This document shows positions 12,476 through 24,711 of a stretch of 64,000 nucleotides of DNA, one piece after another (within the stretch, counting starts at the first letter, position 1; each line of letters begins with the position of its first letter). The DNA is from Eledone cirrhosa (Eukaryota). Made by a program: the position numbers and the translations under genes. The DNA lies in NCBI GenBank assembly GCA_964016885.1, contig OZ024746.1, forward strand, positions 19,716,001 through 19,780,000. The letters run 5' to 3'. The notes below the pieces were generated by a model. It had not been told where the DNA came from. It did no database searches and worked only from the letters and a program-made list of their open reading frames with translations.

Positions 12476-13964
12476 CTAAACCAGCATACCATTTAATAGC
12501 ATCTTCTGTCATCATCTCTTACAACCAACCATAGCTATCTTCTTTGTAATGAATTTACTGTCTGACACCTAAACCTAACTGAGGTACTATAATATTTATC
12601 TTCTCATCCTCCCAACCTGGATTAAACTGTTTAATTGTACCTCCTTGGAAAAGCCTTTTTTTTTTTAACTTGCTTACTCCATAGTTTTTTTTTAGTTTAT
12701 TTTCCTATCGAGAATTAGCAACAATTTAAATCAAACATTAACCCTATTAACTTCAAGTTATTCCTAATTATCCAACTGTCAATGAACATTTATTTTACAA
12801 TTAGTTTCTTAGACTAACAAATAATAATGAAAAAAAAAAATGTTTATGCTTAGCTTTCTATAATGGTTTCTGGTTTAGGCACAAGGCCCACAATTTTTGA
12901 GGAGGAGAAAGTCAACTCCAATGCCTTACTGGTGTTTTATTTTATCGACCCCATGAGGATGAAAGGCAAAATTAAATTCAGCAGGATGTATAACTATATG
13001 CTACAAAGCACGTTGTGTGACACTCTACCAGTTACTGCTAATCCACTGCCCTAGCTTCCTATAATAGAAGTTACCCATGCAATATAACAACCACCACCTC
13101 CACCACACAAAAAAAAGCCTTTAACAAAAACAGAGCAAAAAATAATCCTGAATTGGTAGTAATTCAAAACAGTTTTTTTTTTAAATATCTAATTTGTATT
13201 TGTATAAAAAAAAAAATCTTTGAAATCCAGCAATAACAAAAAATAGCAACAATAACAACAACATCTATGGAACAATTTACTGCTGAACTGTTCCATAGTA
13301 GTTAGTTACATGTGTTATTTTATCAAGGAGGTGTTTGCTGCTGAATACAAACTTCAGAGCAGTTTGCTTTTCTCTGAATTTACAAAATGGCTAAATATTT
13401 TCTGTAGTAAAATTAAAACTATCAAATTTCATCAAGTTACTCCCATTTCCTACTTTTCTTTTAACCCAGGTCCTAATGAAGCAGCAAGGAAAATTTTTTA
13501 AAGAAAACCCAAGAGGTTAACCAGTATGTATGTAGGTGTATGTGTGAGTGTGTTTGTATAAATATGTGTATGTATATGTAAATGTGTGTGTATGTATACA
13601 AATGTGTGTGTGTATATATATATATGTGTGTGTATATGTATATATGCATTTATAAATGTGTATGTGCATATATAAATTTCATCAACATCATCGTTTTTAT
13701 GTTCGTTTTTTTCACACTTGCATGGGTTGGACAGGCCCTTGAAATGTGTGTATGCATATATGTATGTGTGTATGTGTATGTATATATATATGTGTGTGTG
13801 TACACATGTGTATGCACACATGTACAAAGAAATAGTTTTAAAATACCAAGAGAGTATTTTACAGCACTAAACAATTCAGCAAGCTAAAGAAATATTCAAC
13901 GTGGAATTGTACGGTCAGTTTACACTACTATTCCTTAATCACTAACATTATTAATTCAAATCCC

Positions 13965-14478
13965 GGTGGATTGGCAGTATCGGTAGAGAGTCGGACACCA
14001 TGCTTTCCAGCATAGTTACGTCCCTTTACGATCTGAGTTCAAATCCCGCCGAGGTTGACTTTGCCTTTCATCCTTACGGGGTCGATAAAATAAAGTACCA
14101 GTAATGCACTGGGTAATTGCTGGCCTTGTGCCTAAAGTAGAAACAATTATTAATTCAAATCCCAAAGGGCGGTGGATTGGCAGTATCGGTAGAGGGTCGG
14201 ACGCCATGCTTTGCAGCACAGTTACGTCCCTTTACGGTCTGAGTTCAAATCCCGCCGAGGTTGACTTTGCCTTTCATCCTTACGGGGTCGATAAAATAAA
14301 GTACCAGTAATACACTGGGATAATTGCTGGCCTTGTGCCAAAAGTAGAAACAATTATTAATTCAAATCCCGCCGAGGTTAACTTGGCCTTTCATCCTTAC
14401 GGGGTCGATAAAATAAAGTACCAGTAATACACTGGGATAATTGCTGGCCTTGTGCCAAAAAGTAGAAACAATTATTAA
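13965..14478 (+). mobile_element. stack of three young family-A SINEs (two full-length, one starting at the B box)
   Basis: Head ggtggattggcagtatcggtagag (A box), gagttcaaatccc (B box), Nin/Deu-like gactttgcctttcatccttacggggtcgataaaataaagtaccag, and an (ATT)-like tail. Confidence 0.9.
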
Positions 14479-14859
14479 TTATACTTACTATTCAATACCA
14501 TAATTAATTAGTAATCTCATACTAAATAATAAACTACTTTAGAAATAACTTGTTTTAGTCTTAAGAGAGATTTCCTTGTTAAATCTAAGTGATCAGACAG
14601 ATTCTCAAGAGGTATTGAAGTTTGTATAAACATTCGCTACTGAGGAAATATTGTTGTCATAATCACAACTTTTTTTTTATGGTTAGAACAAACAATACTT
14701 TAGGATTTTCTATAATTTTGTAAATTAATCAACTTCTTCCCTTAGAGCAAAAAAACATTATCTGAGAATTAAAAACTATCAAGTGTTGTTGGCAAGTCAA
14801 AAGATTTAATTATATGAAATGATTTGGAGCATTGAGTGTATAAATATTTCATAAAATTG

Positions 14860-15053
14860 TAGAGAACTTGAACTCAGAAATAACTGTAAAAACAGCCAGC
14901 TGCTATGATGATCATAGCAAAGAGTTGGGTTAAACAAAACCTCTTAATGAATGGAAGAGTGGCCAGAGAGAGGTTTTATTTAATCAGATTCTTTGCTATG
15001 ATCATCCTAGCAGCTGGCTGTTTTTACAGCTATTTCTGAGTTCAAGTTCTCTA
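14860..15053. repeat. fold-back inverted repeat, ~85-bp arms
   Basis: tagagaacttgaactcagaaa...catagcaaaga pairs with tctttgctatg...tttctgagttcaagttctcta; inner arms aaaacctct/agaggtttt. Confidence 0.85.
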
Positions 15054-15835
15054 CCAATTTTACAAAAGATTTAAGTTGTAAATCAACAGAGAATTAAATA
15101 GATTAAAGGAGACAGTGATGGCCGAATCAGTGAGTAATAGTGGTTACATTCCATATTCTCTGAGTTCAAATCTTGCCACGGTCAACTTTGTTTATATCGA
15201 CCTCAAATAATTAACAAACAAAAGTCACAAAATGAACCCCAAAAACAAATTAACGTAATTCATGAAAGAACTAATTTTTTTACAACAGTTTCACAATCTT
15301 TCAGTATAGTAAAAGAAGAAAAAAAAAAAAAACTATGCTAATAGTGGAAAGTACTTCTGTGAGAGAAAGAGCAAGAAGAACCTAAGTGAGGAAAAAGGGG
15401 GAACTGGTAATGTTAGATCTCCAACTGTTACTCTGGTGACACCAGATTGGAAAGGAGTGACAGTACTGCAGACTCATCCAATAAAAGCAGTACTGGAAAA
15501 CAGATGTTGATATGGTTATTATTATATATATTATTACTACTTTACTATGAGGGTGGTGGATTGGCAGTGTCGACAGCATCGGTAGAGCGTTGGACATGAT
15601 TTGCAAAATATACTTACATTCCTTTATGTTCTGAGTTCAAATCCCACCAAGGTTAGGATGTCGTTACGGAGTCGATAAAATAAAGTGCCAGTAATGCACT
15701 GAGGTCAATTTAATAGACTTTTACTCCTCCAAAATTGTTGGTCTTATGTCTTAATCAGAAACCATTATTACTATTTAACTTCCAAATTTTTCCCCTTTTC
15801 TTTTTAGAAATAGGTAAATATTCAACTTCATCTGA

Positions 15836-16022
15836 GTGGATTGGCAGTATCGGTAGAGGGTCGGACGCCATGCTTTGACGCATAGAGTTACGGCCCTTGC
15901 AATTCAGAGTTCAAATCCCGCTGAGGTTAATTTTGCTTTTCGTCCTTACGGGGGTTGATAAAATAAAGTACCAGTAATGCACTGGATAATTGCTGGCCTT
16001 GTGCCAAAAGTAGAAACAATTA
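15836..16022 (+). mobile_element. young family-A SINE
   Basis: Full head-core-tail, subfamily with ctttgacgcatagagttacggcccttg; an older copy lies at 15550-15770. Confidence 0.85.
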
Positions 16023-16619
16023 TATACACAAACACACACACATACACAATTTATTTGATAAGCAAAACCTTTTAACTGATACCTTTTCATTAGTTTCTTT
16101 ACACAAAGGTGAGATAGGTATTATATCATGGCTTGACCAGTTTGACAACTTAACAGTGTCACTATGGGTTTATTTTGATATAAAAGAAAAAGAAAAGAAA
16201 GTCAAGTGAATATTGAACACAATAAATATATCTCATCCTAAGTATAATACTATTTACACCAAAAGTGTGTTTCAGTTTTAAATAGTTTCCTTAAATAAAT
16301 AATTCTACAAAATTGTAGTATACATTTATTAACTTGAATGTATCACACAAACATGAATAAATATGGTTGAAGGAAAATACTGTTGAAGAGCATTCTATAC
16401 AATAAATACAAATACAGTACAGTCTTATACAATTCCCCAGTTGGTGGCTGTTGCAGTCTGGGTTTGGGAAGGTGGGCAGAGCAAATTCGGTGTCACGAAT
16501 TTGAAGGGTTTTTTGCGAGTTGGTTTAGTAAGAGTCAAGAGTTCAAGTTGGCATTTGGTTTGAGGGGTTTGCTAAGTGTTTTGTAGACAGATTAGAGCAA
16601 TAACAGTCTTATTTACTGA

Positions 16620-16910
16620 GGTAGTCATAGGGGCACCGTACTGACATGACATTTGTAGGCATATCTTAAACTTGGTGGAACCCATCTCCTTTCCAGGTCT
16701 GAATACAGTAGATGTCTTCCAGAGAAGGATAGAGAGAGAGAATGGAAGTGAAAATGAGATATAGAGGAAGAATCCACCTCAGTACTAGACTGGTATTTTT
16801 TTTTATTGACCTTGAATGGATAAAAGCAAAGTTGACCTCGGTGGGATTTGAATTCAGAGAGCAGATAACCAAAACTAATACTACAAAAGCATTCTATCTG
16901 ACGTTCTAAC
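16620..16910 (-). mobile_element. family-A-related SINE with an alternative long 3' tail
   Basis: Nin-like core joined to ...ttccagagaaggataga.../ggtggaacccatctcctttcca; homologues at ~48300-48610, 49430-49680 and 62540-62790. Confidence 0.65.
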
Positions 16911-18619
16911 GACTGAGTATATGATAAATTTTTGTGAGGTAAACTGTTTTAATAATCAATGCAAATTTCTAAATTTACAAAACTTTCCAACCTATCCTAA
17001 AATAAAGGGGGGAATAAACACATAAAAGGTATATAGCAAATTACAAACACATAAAAACTGTGAGATTAATCCTAATATAATTGAATATTCCTCCAAGTCC
17101 GGTATCTTAATTAGTACCAACCTGTCCATTTCATAATTTAAGTAATTAGGAGTTTATATCCTAGAAAAATAACAAAATATAATTCTCATAAGTGAACAAA
17201 CAGCTATAAGTAAGGATATCAGTGAAGGACCTTAAAAAGCAAATAAGAAAGCTGAAAAGTTTTATCTAATTTTCAGCTATTTTTTTAAAATATTGATTGA
17301 TTTTCAAGTCTCAGCTTTTGAGGTAGACATGTCAAATGTAATTAACTGAGCTGATAGCAAAGAATAAATAATATGCTAATCATAGATTTATATTGATTAA
17401 TTAGTCTTGAATGAAAACACTCAACAATTAAAATATTTATATAAAATTTCTGAGTCAGTATTTCTAATATTAGGTCACTAGTATTGGGCTTTTCATAATT
17501 GTTGCAGAATTTTTTTCTGGCTGGATACCCTTCTTATCACCCATCATTTTAAAGCATCAACTGGGTGCACAGGGTGTATTATCTGTGCCACCAGTTCTAG
17601 AAGGTTGTCCTACTGGATTCAAGAGTCCTCTCTCCACCCTGTATCAGAGTGTCTGCTCTCCTAGTCGGGTTGCATTTACTATGGCTTGCAATATTAAAAT
17701 ACATGTATGATACTGTAGTTACCTTACATGATAGACCATTAGCCTTAATAAAATGAATATACAGTGCATATCAAAAAGGCTATATTTCAAATGACCATAT
17801 AATCATACAGTAACTTGTAAAACACATGTCTGAATATAAAGTTTTATAAATTTTTATAAAGTTATTTACATATTAAGCATTTGTAAAAATTGTAAAGAAA
17901 ATCGGATGATTTATATAAAATTATACAGCTTTGGGATTATAGTCAAGGAACTAATGAAGAAATCACTGGATAGTCAGAAACACTACAATAGCTGCTAAGG
18001 AACCAGTTTATTTATAGTGGTTCAAATAATAAAAGGTTGTTCAGACCGAGAGAGAGAAAGGGAGAGAGGATTCACCATGAATCACATAAACTACCAAGTT
18101 AAACCTACACAGAGAATTAACCTGACTAGTGTTGTTGTGTTATTGATTATGCAGTAAAGTAATTCTGTCTGATAGAAAAAAAAGAAAAAAAGGAAAGCAA
18201 GAAGAAAATACAAAAAAAAAAAAATGAAATAAACTTTATGACTATGAAGCCATGCTCTGGTTCACTGATCTGGTAGTGTGAGAGAAAAAAAAAAAGGCTT
18301 CTGAAACATCAAGGCTTGGGATAATAATAAAAATAATAATAATATCTAAGAGAAATTTGAGGAGCATTATATTTAATGAACCATCAAAAGATATATGGCA
18401 GCTGGGATTGGCAAGTCTTGGGTGACACTGTTTTTACAAGTGATGTTTTGTGTCAACTTATATATACATATTCTAGTCATTTAGTATATTCTAATGAGTC
18501 AAACTATAAACAAAATAAACCAAATAATATATATGTTAATGGCTGTGTAAGGTGATACTGTTTGTTGATGTAATGATGTCAAAATAAGCAGAAATCCTTT
18601 ATCATGAATTATTATTTAC

Positions 18620-18682
<63 letters not shown>

Positions 18683-18854
18683 TCATCATCATCATCATCA
18701 TTTAATCTCCATTCTTCCATGCTAGCATGGGTTAGATAAGTTGCACAAGTCAGACCAGGTGACTGTGTCTTGCTCATACAGAACTGGTTCTGGCATGATG
18801 TCCTTCCTAGTGCTACCCATATTTACAATGTCTACATTTTGTTCCAGTCCAAGC

Positions 18855-19590
18855 TGATCCGATTTGGCCCAATCTGGTTCGAAGCAATCAAATCTGATCC
18901 AGTCTGATCCAATACAGCCTAATCTGATCTGGAGCAATCTGATCCAGTCTGATCCAATACAGCCTAATCTGATCTGGAGCAATCTGATCTCAATCTGATC
19001 CAATACAGCCTAATCTGATCTCAATCTGATCCAGTCTGATCCAATACAGCCTAATCTGATCTGGAGCAATCTGATCCAGTCTGATCCAATACAGCCTAAT
19101 CTGATCTGGAGCAATCTGATCCAGTCTGATCCAGTCTGATCCAATACAGCCTAATCTGATCTGGAGCAATCTGATCCAGTCTGATCCAATACAGCCTAAT
19201 CTGATCTCAGTCTGATCCAATACAGCCTAATCTGATCTGGAGCAATCTGATCTCAATCTGATCCAATACAGCCTAATCTGATCTCAATCTGATCCAGTCT
19301 GATCCAATACAGCCTAATCTGATCTCAATCTGATCCAGTCTGATCCAATACAGCCTAATCTGATCTGGAGCAATCCGATCCTGCCTGATCTCAATCTGAT
19401 CTGGTTTGATCCAATCCAGTCTGGTATGGTCTGGTTTGATCTGATCTGGTCTGGTCCGATTCGATCTGGCCTGATATGGTTTGATCTGATCCAATCTAGC
19501 ATGATCCAGTTTAATCTGATCCAGTCTGAACTGATCCAGTCCGATCCGGTTTCATTTGATCCCGTCTGATCCGATTTAGTCTGATCTGCA
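18855..19590. repeat. pentamer-based minisatellite (CTGAT/CCAAT/CCAGT) with 35-45-bp higher-order units
   Basis: Recurrent ctgatccaatacagcctaatctgatct(ggag)caat; degenerates rightward into mixed pentamers. Confidence 0.9.
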
Positions 19591-20110
19591 TAGGGGGTTC
19601 AAATTAGCAATGGTCGTGGGTGTTCTGAAGGTATAGTTGCTCTGTGATTGCTATTTTCTTTCTTTTTGTTTTAAAGTAATAAATGTTTGCAAAATAAATA
19701 AATATTACAGCCTCTTATTGTTGATTCTCAATGAAACTTGTTAAAAGCAAAATGGGTTTAATATTCAAAGCTTTCCTTTAAATGCCATAACTGATTCATA
19801 AAACACGTTACCATCCCTGTTTTAAACATATTAAATAAACCTATATAAATTTTCCAATTATGTTGGCTGTTGAAATGGTTAATATTTCTCACGTTCACTT
19901 CACTCTTCATATTCCATTAACTCTTAATGCCCTACACCACATAAAACCACATTAACAAGTATAAAACAGCAAACAATATGACAGCATCACACTAAAGATT
20001 AAAGTTTATAGTTTACTGCAAATTTTCTCAATCTGTCTGGTAGTAAAGATACTATAAATATTTGAATTATTATTATTATTACTATATATATATATATATA
20101 CACACACACT

Positions 20111-20189
20111 CAGGATGTCCCAAAAAATGCATACACATATTTATTAAAATGCTGTTGAAGTATGTATATATTTTTGGGGGGACATCCTG
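20111..20189. mobile_element. 79-bp Tc1/mariner-type MITE
   Basis: TIRs caggatgtcccaaaaa / tttttggggggacatcctg in (TA)n; second copy at 47712-47786. Confidence 0.75.
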
Positions 20190-20804
20190 TATATATATAT
20201 ATATATATATAGTGCTGTAATGACTTCATTACAGCAGACTTAAAAGTCATACCAACTAAATTTACTGTTTCCTTTCTTACCAGCAACAAACTATCAAATA
20301 CAATCAACCATTACACTAGACCACATAAACATACATGAGGTACATCAAGCTTCAACTACTCCAACCCCTGTCATTATATGAAAACCATCTCCAAACACCC
20401 AGACACATATACAATGCTCCACAGCACTGTTACAACAACAACACTAAAAAAAAACTAATTTTTCCAGACAGCCTAGACAAATATAAAACAAAACCCATAC
20501 AATGAAATACTGCACCAACAACAGCTCTTTAGCACCAAACACTGAGATGCACATCACTAACAATAAGTGCTGAGGAACAGCAACTACTGTGATCTGACAG
20601 AATGAATCATGCTCGCCTTCACTCTGACCATCATCAGAATCTATGAGTATACAGAAATAAACTGGGCACTGCAGTGCAATATGTAATGACTATCACACTG
20701 CACCTGATGTATAATTCATCATTCAGCCAACTACCCCTATGCCATATGACTGTTCAATAAGGGCTGACCTTTTTTTTTTATTTTTATTTTTTTGTTAACC
20801 GATC

Positions 20805-21045
20805 AACAAGATCCTAGACCTCATTCGGTTATCAAGAGGGGTGCAACTCATCAGATCTAACCAAGGAAACAATGTTTCTATTGGTCTTTCCATTGCTGAT
20901 ACAATCTACCAGTTGCAACTTCTGGCAGAAAGAGCAATGTGAATAAAGTGTTTTGTTCCAAGACACATCACCCAGTCTGAGAATCAAACTGGCAACCTTA
21001 CGATTGCAAATCTAAATCTAATTCTCTAACCACTAAGCCATGCAT
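20805..21045 (-). mobile_element. CORE-like SINE variant (family B2)
   Basis: Shares aaggaaacaatgtttc(c)attggtctttccattgctgatac with 41220-41570(+), 59545-59636 and 60765-60895. Confidence 0.6.
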
Positions 21046-22374
21046 CTGTACAACACAACTGTAAGGGTTGATCTATGACTACAACACAACTACACCACAT
21101 AATTTTGTCAGATAAGAATTTAATCTTTAAATCAAAGTGGGACACAGTTGTAGAAGTCTCTAAATAAAATTAAAATTACCTAAGACAGCTAGAAAATAAC
21201 ATGAGTGGAGAGTGTCGTTTAGTTTCATACAAGTAGCATTCATTGTTATAGTTATGTCTAAAGAAAAGATAGAGGCCATTAGATATGAAAAATATGAAGA
21301 CAGCTTACATGAAAAAAAGATAGATTACACCACTACATATTGTACCACAACTATTATTACTAATAATAATTATTTCTATTATAGTCACAATGCCAGCATT
21401 TTTGGGAAGGGGAAAGTCAATTATATCGATCCCAGTGCATTACTGGTACATTATTTTATCAACCCCGTAAGGATGAAAGGCAAAGCAAATCTTGGCAGAA
21501 TTTGAAATCAGAATGTAAAGGGCCGTAACTATATGCCACAAAGTAAGCTGTCCAACACTCTACCAATGACTGCCAATCCTCTTATCAGGAGAATAAATAA
21601 ATGATGACTGGGTTATTTCATTGGCCTAAATTGTAATTTTAGAACTACACTAAAAAGTAATCTTAAGTGCAACTTCAGAGGAAGTATCAAACAAAATATT
21701 TTGAAAGTATTAAAAATAAAACTTACAGCAGAGGTAATGAACATAAGCTAATGTAATTTACAATCATGACATATTTAACAGTGTGTTTTTGTGTGTGTAC
21801 ATGTGTATGTGTGCATGCATGCGTGTGTATGTATGTATGCATGTGCATGTGTATGAGTGTGCACATGTGTATGTGTGTGAGTATGTGCATGTATGTGTGT
21901 ATGTGCATGTATGTGTGTATGTGCATGTATGTGTGTGCGTGTATGTATGTGTGTATGTCTGTTTGTGTGCATGTGTGTAAACCTACCTTTGAAATATATT
22001 CCAAAGGCAAGCCTAGATACTGATAGCACCTGTTCTCTTTATGCACAAACTAGAAATCTAAAATTATAAAATTACACTAAAAATACTCCACCCTATTCAT
22101 AAAAACACTAATATATATATCTTCTGTCACTCCTACCTGATTTGCCCACTAACTCCAGTGGTGGTGGCGGCAGTGGTGGTGAGGGAAGGGACATTTTATC
22201 AAGTGTTCAAGAAGGCGGAAAAGAAATCTACAGATGTTAGTTAAGAACAAACTAAAATAGAAATCCCAACACACATATATGATTAAAGAGAAGCCACAGA
22301 AAAGACAAAAAAAAAAGAAACCAATAATATTTAGATACAAACAAGCTGATGGGTACTGTCCCTCTTACTCTTTG

Positions 22375-22427
<53 letters not shown>

Positions 22428-22607
22428 TATGTGTATGTGTATATATACATATATATCAGATTGGAGGTGGTAAAAACCAGTTAGAGAAGTCACAGAAAAG
22501 ACAAAAAAAAAAGAAACCAATAATATTTAGATATGGACTTATATACAAACAAGCTGATGGGTATTGTCCCTCTTACTCTTTGGTGTGTATATATATATAT
22601 ATATATA

Positions 22608-22800
22608 TATAGGAATGAATAGGACCCCGACGGCTGAGCTCAAGCCATTTCGATGGCTAATTAGTCCAGAATTAGCTGTCGAAACGGCTTGAGCTCAGCC
22701 GTCAGGGTCCTACTCGTTCCTATTACCCACTCTACTTCCCTAAGTATTGAGTACTTTGGTGCGTTATGGTCCACCTGGTTCCTTACCACATTTCCTTCAT
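22608..22800 (+). mobile_element. short element carrying the 3' half of an HHR, with a 5' fold-back palindrome (22608-22723)
   Basis: aattagctgtc-GAAA-cggcttgagctcagccg-TC-agggtcc; the 5' side is the reverse complement of this sequence instead of CUGANGA. Confidence 0.6.
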
Positions 22801-22857
22801 TATATATATATATATATATATGAATATATGTGTGTGTGTGTATATACATATATATTC

Positions 22858-23046
22858 ATATCAGATTGGAGGTGGTAAAAACCAGTTAGACCATTACTCA
22901 CCAGAGTACTCAATACTTGGGGTAGTAGAGTGGATAATATGAAAAAAGTCAGGACTCCCACGGCTGAGCTCCGGCTGTTTCAACAACTAGTTCAGATTTA
23001 GCTGTTGAAATGGTCGGGCTCAGCTGTTGGGGTCCTGAATCTTTTT

Positions 23047-23047
<1 letters not shown>
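22858..23047 (-). mobile_element. diverged second copy of the same family, tail-to-tail, also with a 5' fold-back (22942-23047)
   Basis: Minus strand ...gaaacagccggagctcagccg...tattatccactctactaccccaagtattgagtactctggtgagtaatggtc aligns with 22681-22771. Confidence 0.65.
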
Positions 23048-23084
<37 letters not shown>

Positions 23085-23492
23085 AAATAAGATTTTGCTT
23101 CAAGCATAGCTTTATACAATATGTATAGAAATTTCGTATTTCTAAAGAAATATGGTGTTAGGAAGCTGTAGCTATGCAAACACTGGGGCTAACACCCTCT
23201 GGTGGTGTCCAGCAGAAGCAAGGGGGACAACCGTCTGAGGTTTGACTGGCCTTCGTCAGGACGGTCCCTCCCACTACTTGCTACTGCTGGACTTAAAAAC
23301 AGTCGAGAATATATAGTTTTCTTGTCTGTGTAAATGAGGTGATTAATCTCATTTGCATATGAAGCTGCATAAGTTGGCGCAACTTATAATAGAAAAGAAA
23401 TAGGATTTCTCTTCAAGCATAGCTTTATACAATATGTATAGAAATTTCGTATTTCTTTAGAAATACGAAATTTCTATACATATTGTATAAGC
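23085..23492 (-). mobile_element. 313-bp structured unit bounded by ~68-bp direct repeats, with a degenerate HHR (retrozyme-like non-autonomous element)
   Basis: Direct repeats 23085-23152 and 23398-23465; serial hairpins; minus-strand gggaccgtc-CTGACGA-aggccagtc-aaa-cc-tca-gacggttgtccc at 23224-23268. Confidence 0.55.
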
Positions 23493-23648
23493 AAAGGGAT
23501 ATTTAATTTGTTGGTAATTCAACAAATATATATATTTATAACTGATTCGACACGCTCTCTTTCCCTTCTTTCCTTTTACTATCCAGGAAAAACTTGAACT
23601 GTTAAGATCGTCTTCCTGGATATGTCAATATTTATAAAACAAACTTTG

Positions 23649-23710
23649 TATTTTATCTGATGAGAGCGTTCCAAAGTTTTGGTACCCTTGAAATATATAT
23701 AATTGAATAA
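23649..23710 (+). ncRNA. minimal type I hammerhead motif in a PLE-like 3' tail
   Basis: attttat-CTGATGA-gagcgttccaa-agtt-ttggtaccctt-GAAA-tatata-TA-attgaat. Helix II 9/11 paired, palindromic helix III, AATAAA directly downstream. Confidence 0.65.
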
Positions 23711-23749
23711 ATATGGTTTTATAAATATAGTTTCCATTTATTAATATCA

Positions 23750-23792
<43 letters not shown>

Positions 23793-23795
23793 GCG

Positions 23796-23862
<67 letters not shown>

Positions 23863-23865
23863 GCG

Positions 23866-23905
<40 letters not shown>

Positions 23906-24027
23906 AACCCATGCTAGCGTGGAAGATAGACATTAAACAATGATGAGGATGATATATATGTGTGTGTATATATGTATATATATGAGTGTATGTGTATATA
24001 TATATACCTTTTCTATACCTTTCATCT

Positions 24028-24077
<50 letters not shown>

Positions 24078-24124
24078 CACACATATATAAAATATTAAAT
24101 AAGAGAGTTCAAAGTTTTAATTAT

Positions 24125-24313
24125 AATTGTTTCTACTTTTGGCACAAGGCCAGCAATTACCCAGTGTATTACTGGTACTTTATTTTATCGACCCCGTAAG
24201 GATGAAAGGCAAAGTCAACCTCGGCGGGATTTGAACTCAGAATGGCAAGGGCCGTAACTCTATCCGTCAAAGCATGGCGTCCGACCCTCTACCGATACTG
24301 CCAATCCACCGCC
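24125..24313 (-). mobile_element. young family-A SINE with TSD
   Basis: Flanked by a direct repeat aagttttaattataattg (~24112 and ~24316). Confidence 0.9.
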
Positions 24314-24711
24314 CAAGTTTTAATTATAATTGCATGTAACATGTTACACAAATGACCAGCTTTAAGTCATAAGCAGTTACATAATAGTTCTGTAACAATT
24401 AGAAAGCTTATAGCTTATAACTTTTATAGCTTCTGTTGAGCAATTCAAATCCAGAATCAATCTACATGTATTACTCATGGACACATACACACGCTTATAT
24501 ATAAATCATATGTATACATAACACACGTACAATACATTTAAATACATATAAAAGAATCAACAAGACTTATTATACATCTAATTGTGAGATATATAAATGA
24601 GAAATTTACAAATATATTTCTTTGGAGCAGAGCAGGGGTTGGTAATTTATGGGCTACACACAGCACACAAGTTGCTTTCTCTTGGCCTCTGTCTTTTTCA
24701 CATTTATATAT

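Noticed and set aside
14167-14255. tRNA gene
   Set aside because: A/B boxes belong to a SINE head that continues into a repeated core; no cloverleaf.
20560-20760. Possible I/R1-group LINE C-terminal relic (ARLHSDHH...)
   Set aside because: A single weak motif, not supportable without a search.
22340-22380. CTGATGG as an HHR core
   Set aside because: A9 is absent and no GAAA or helix III follows.
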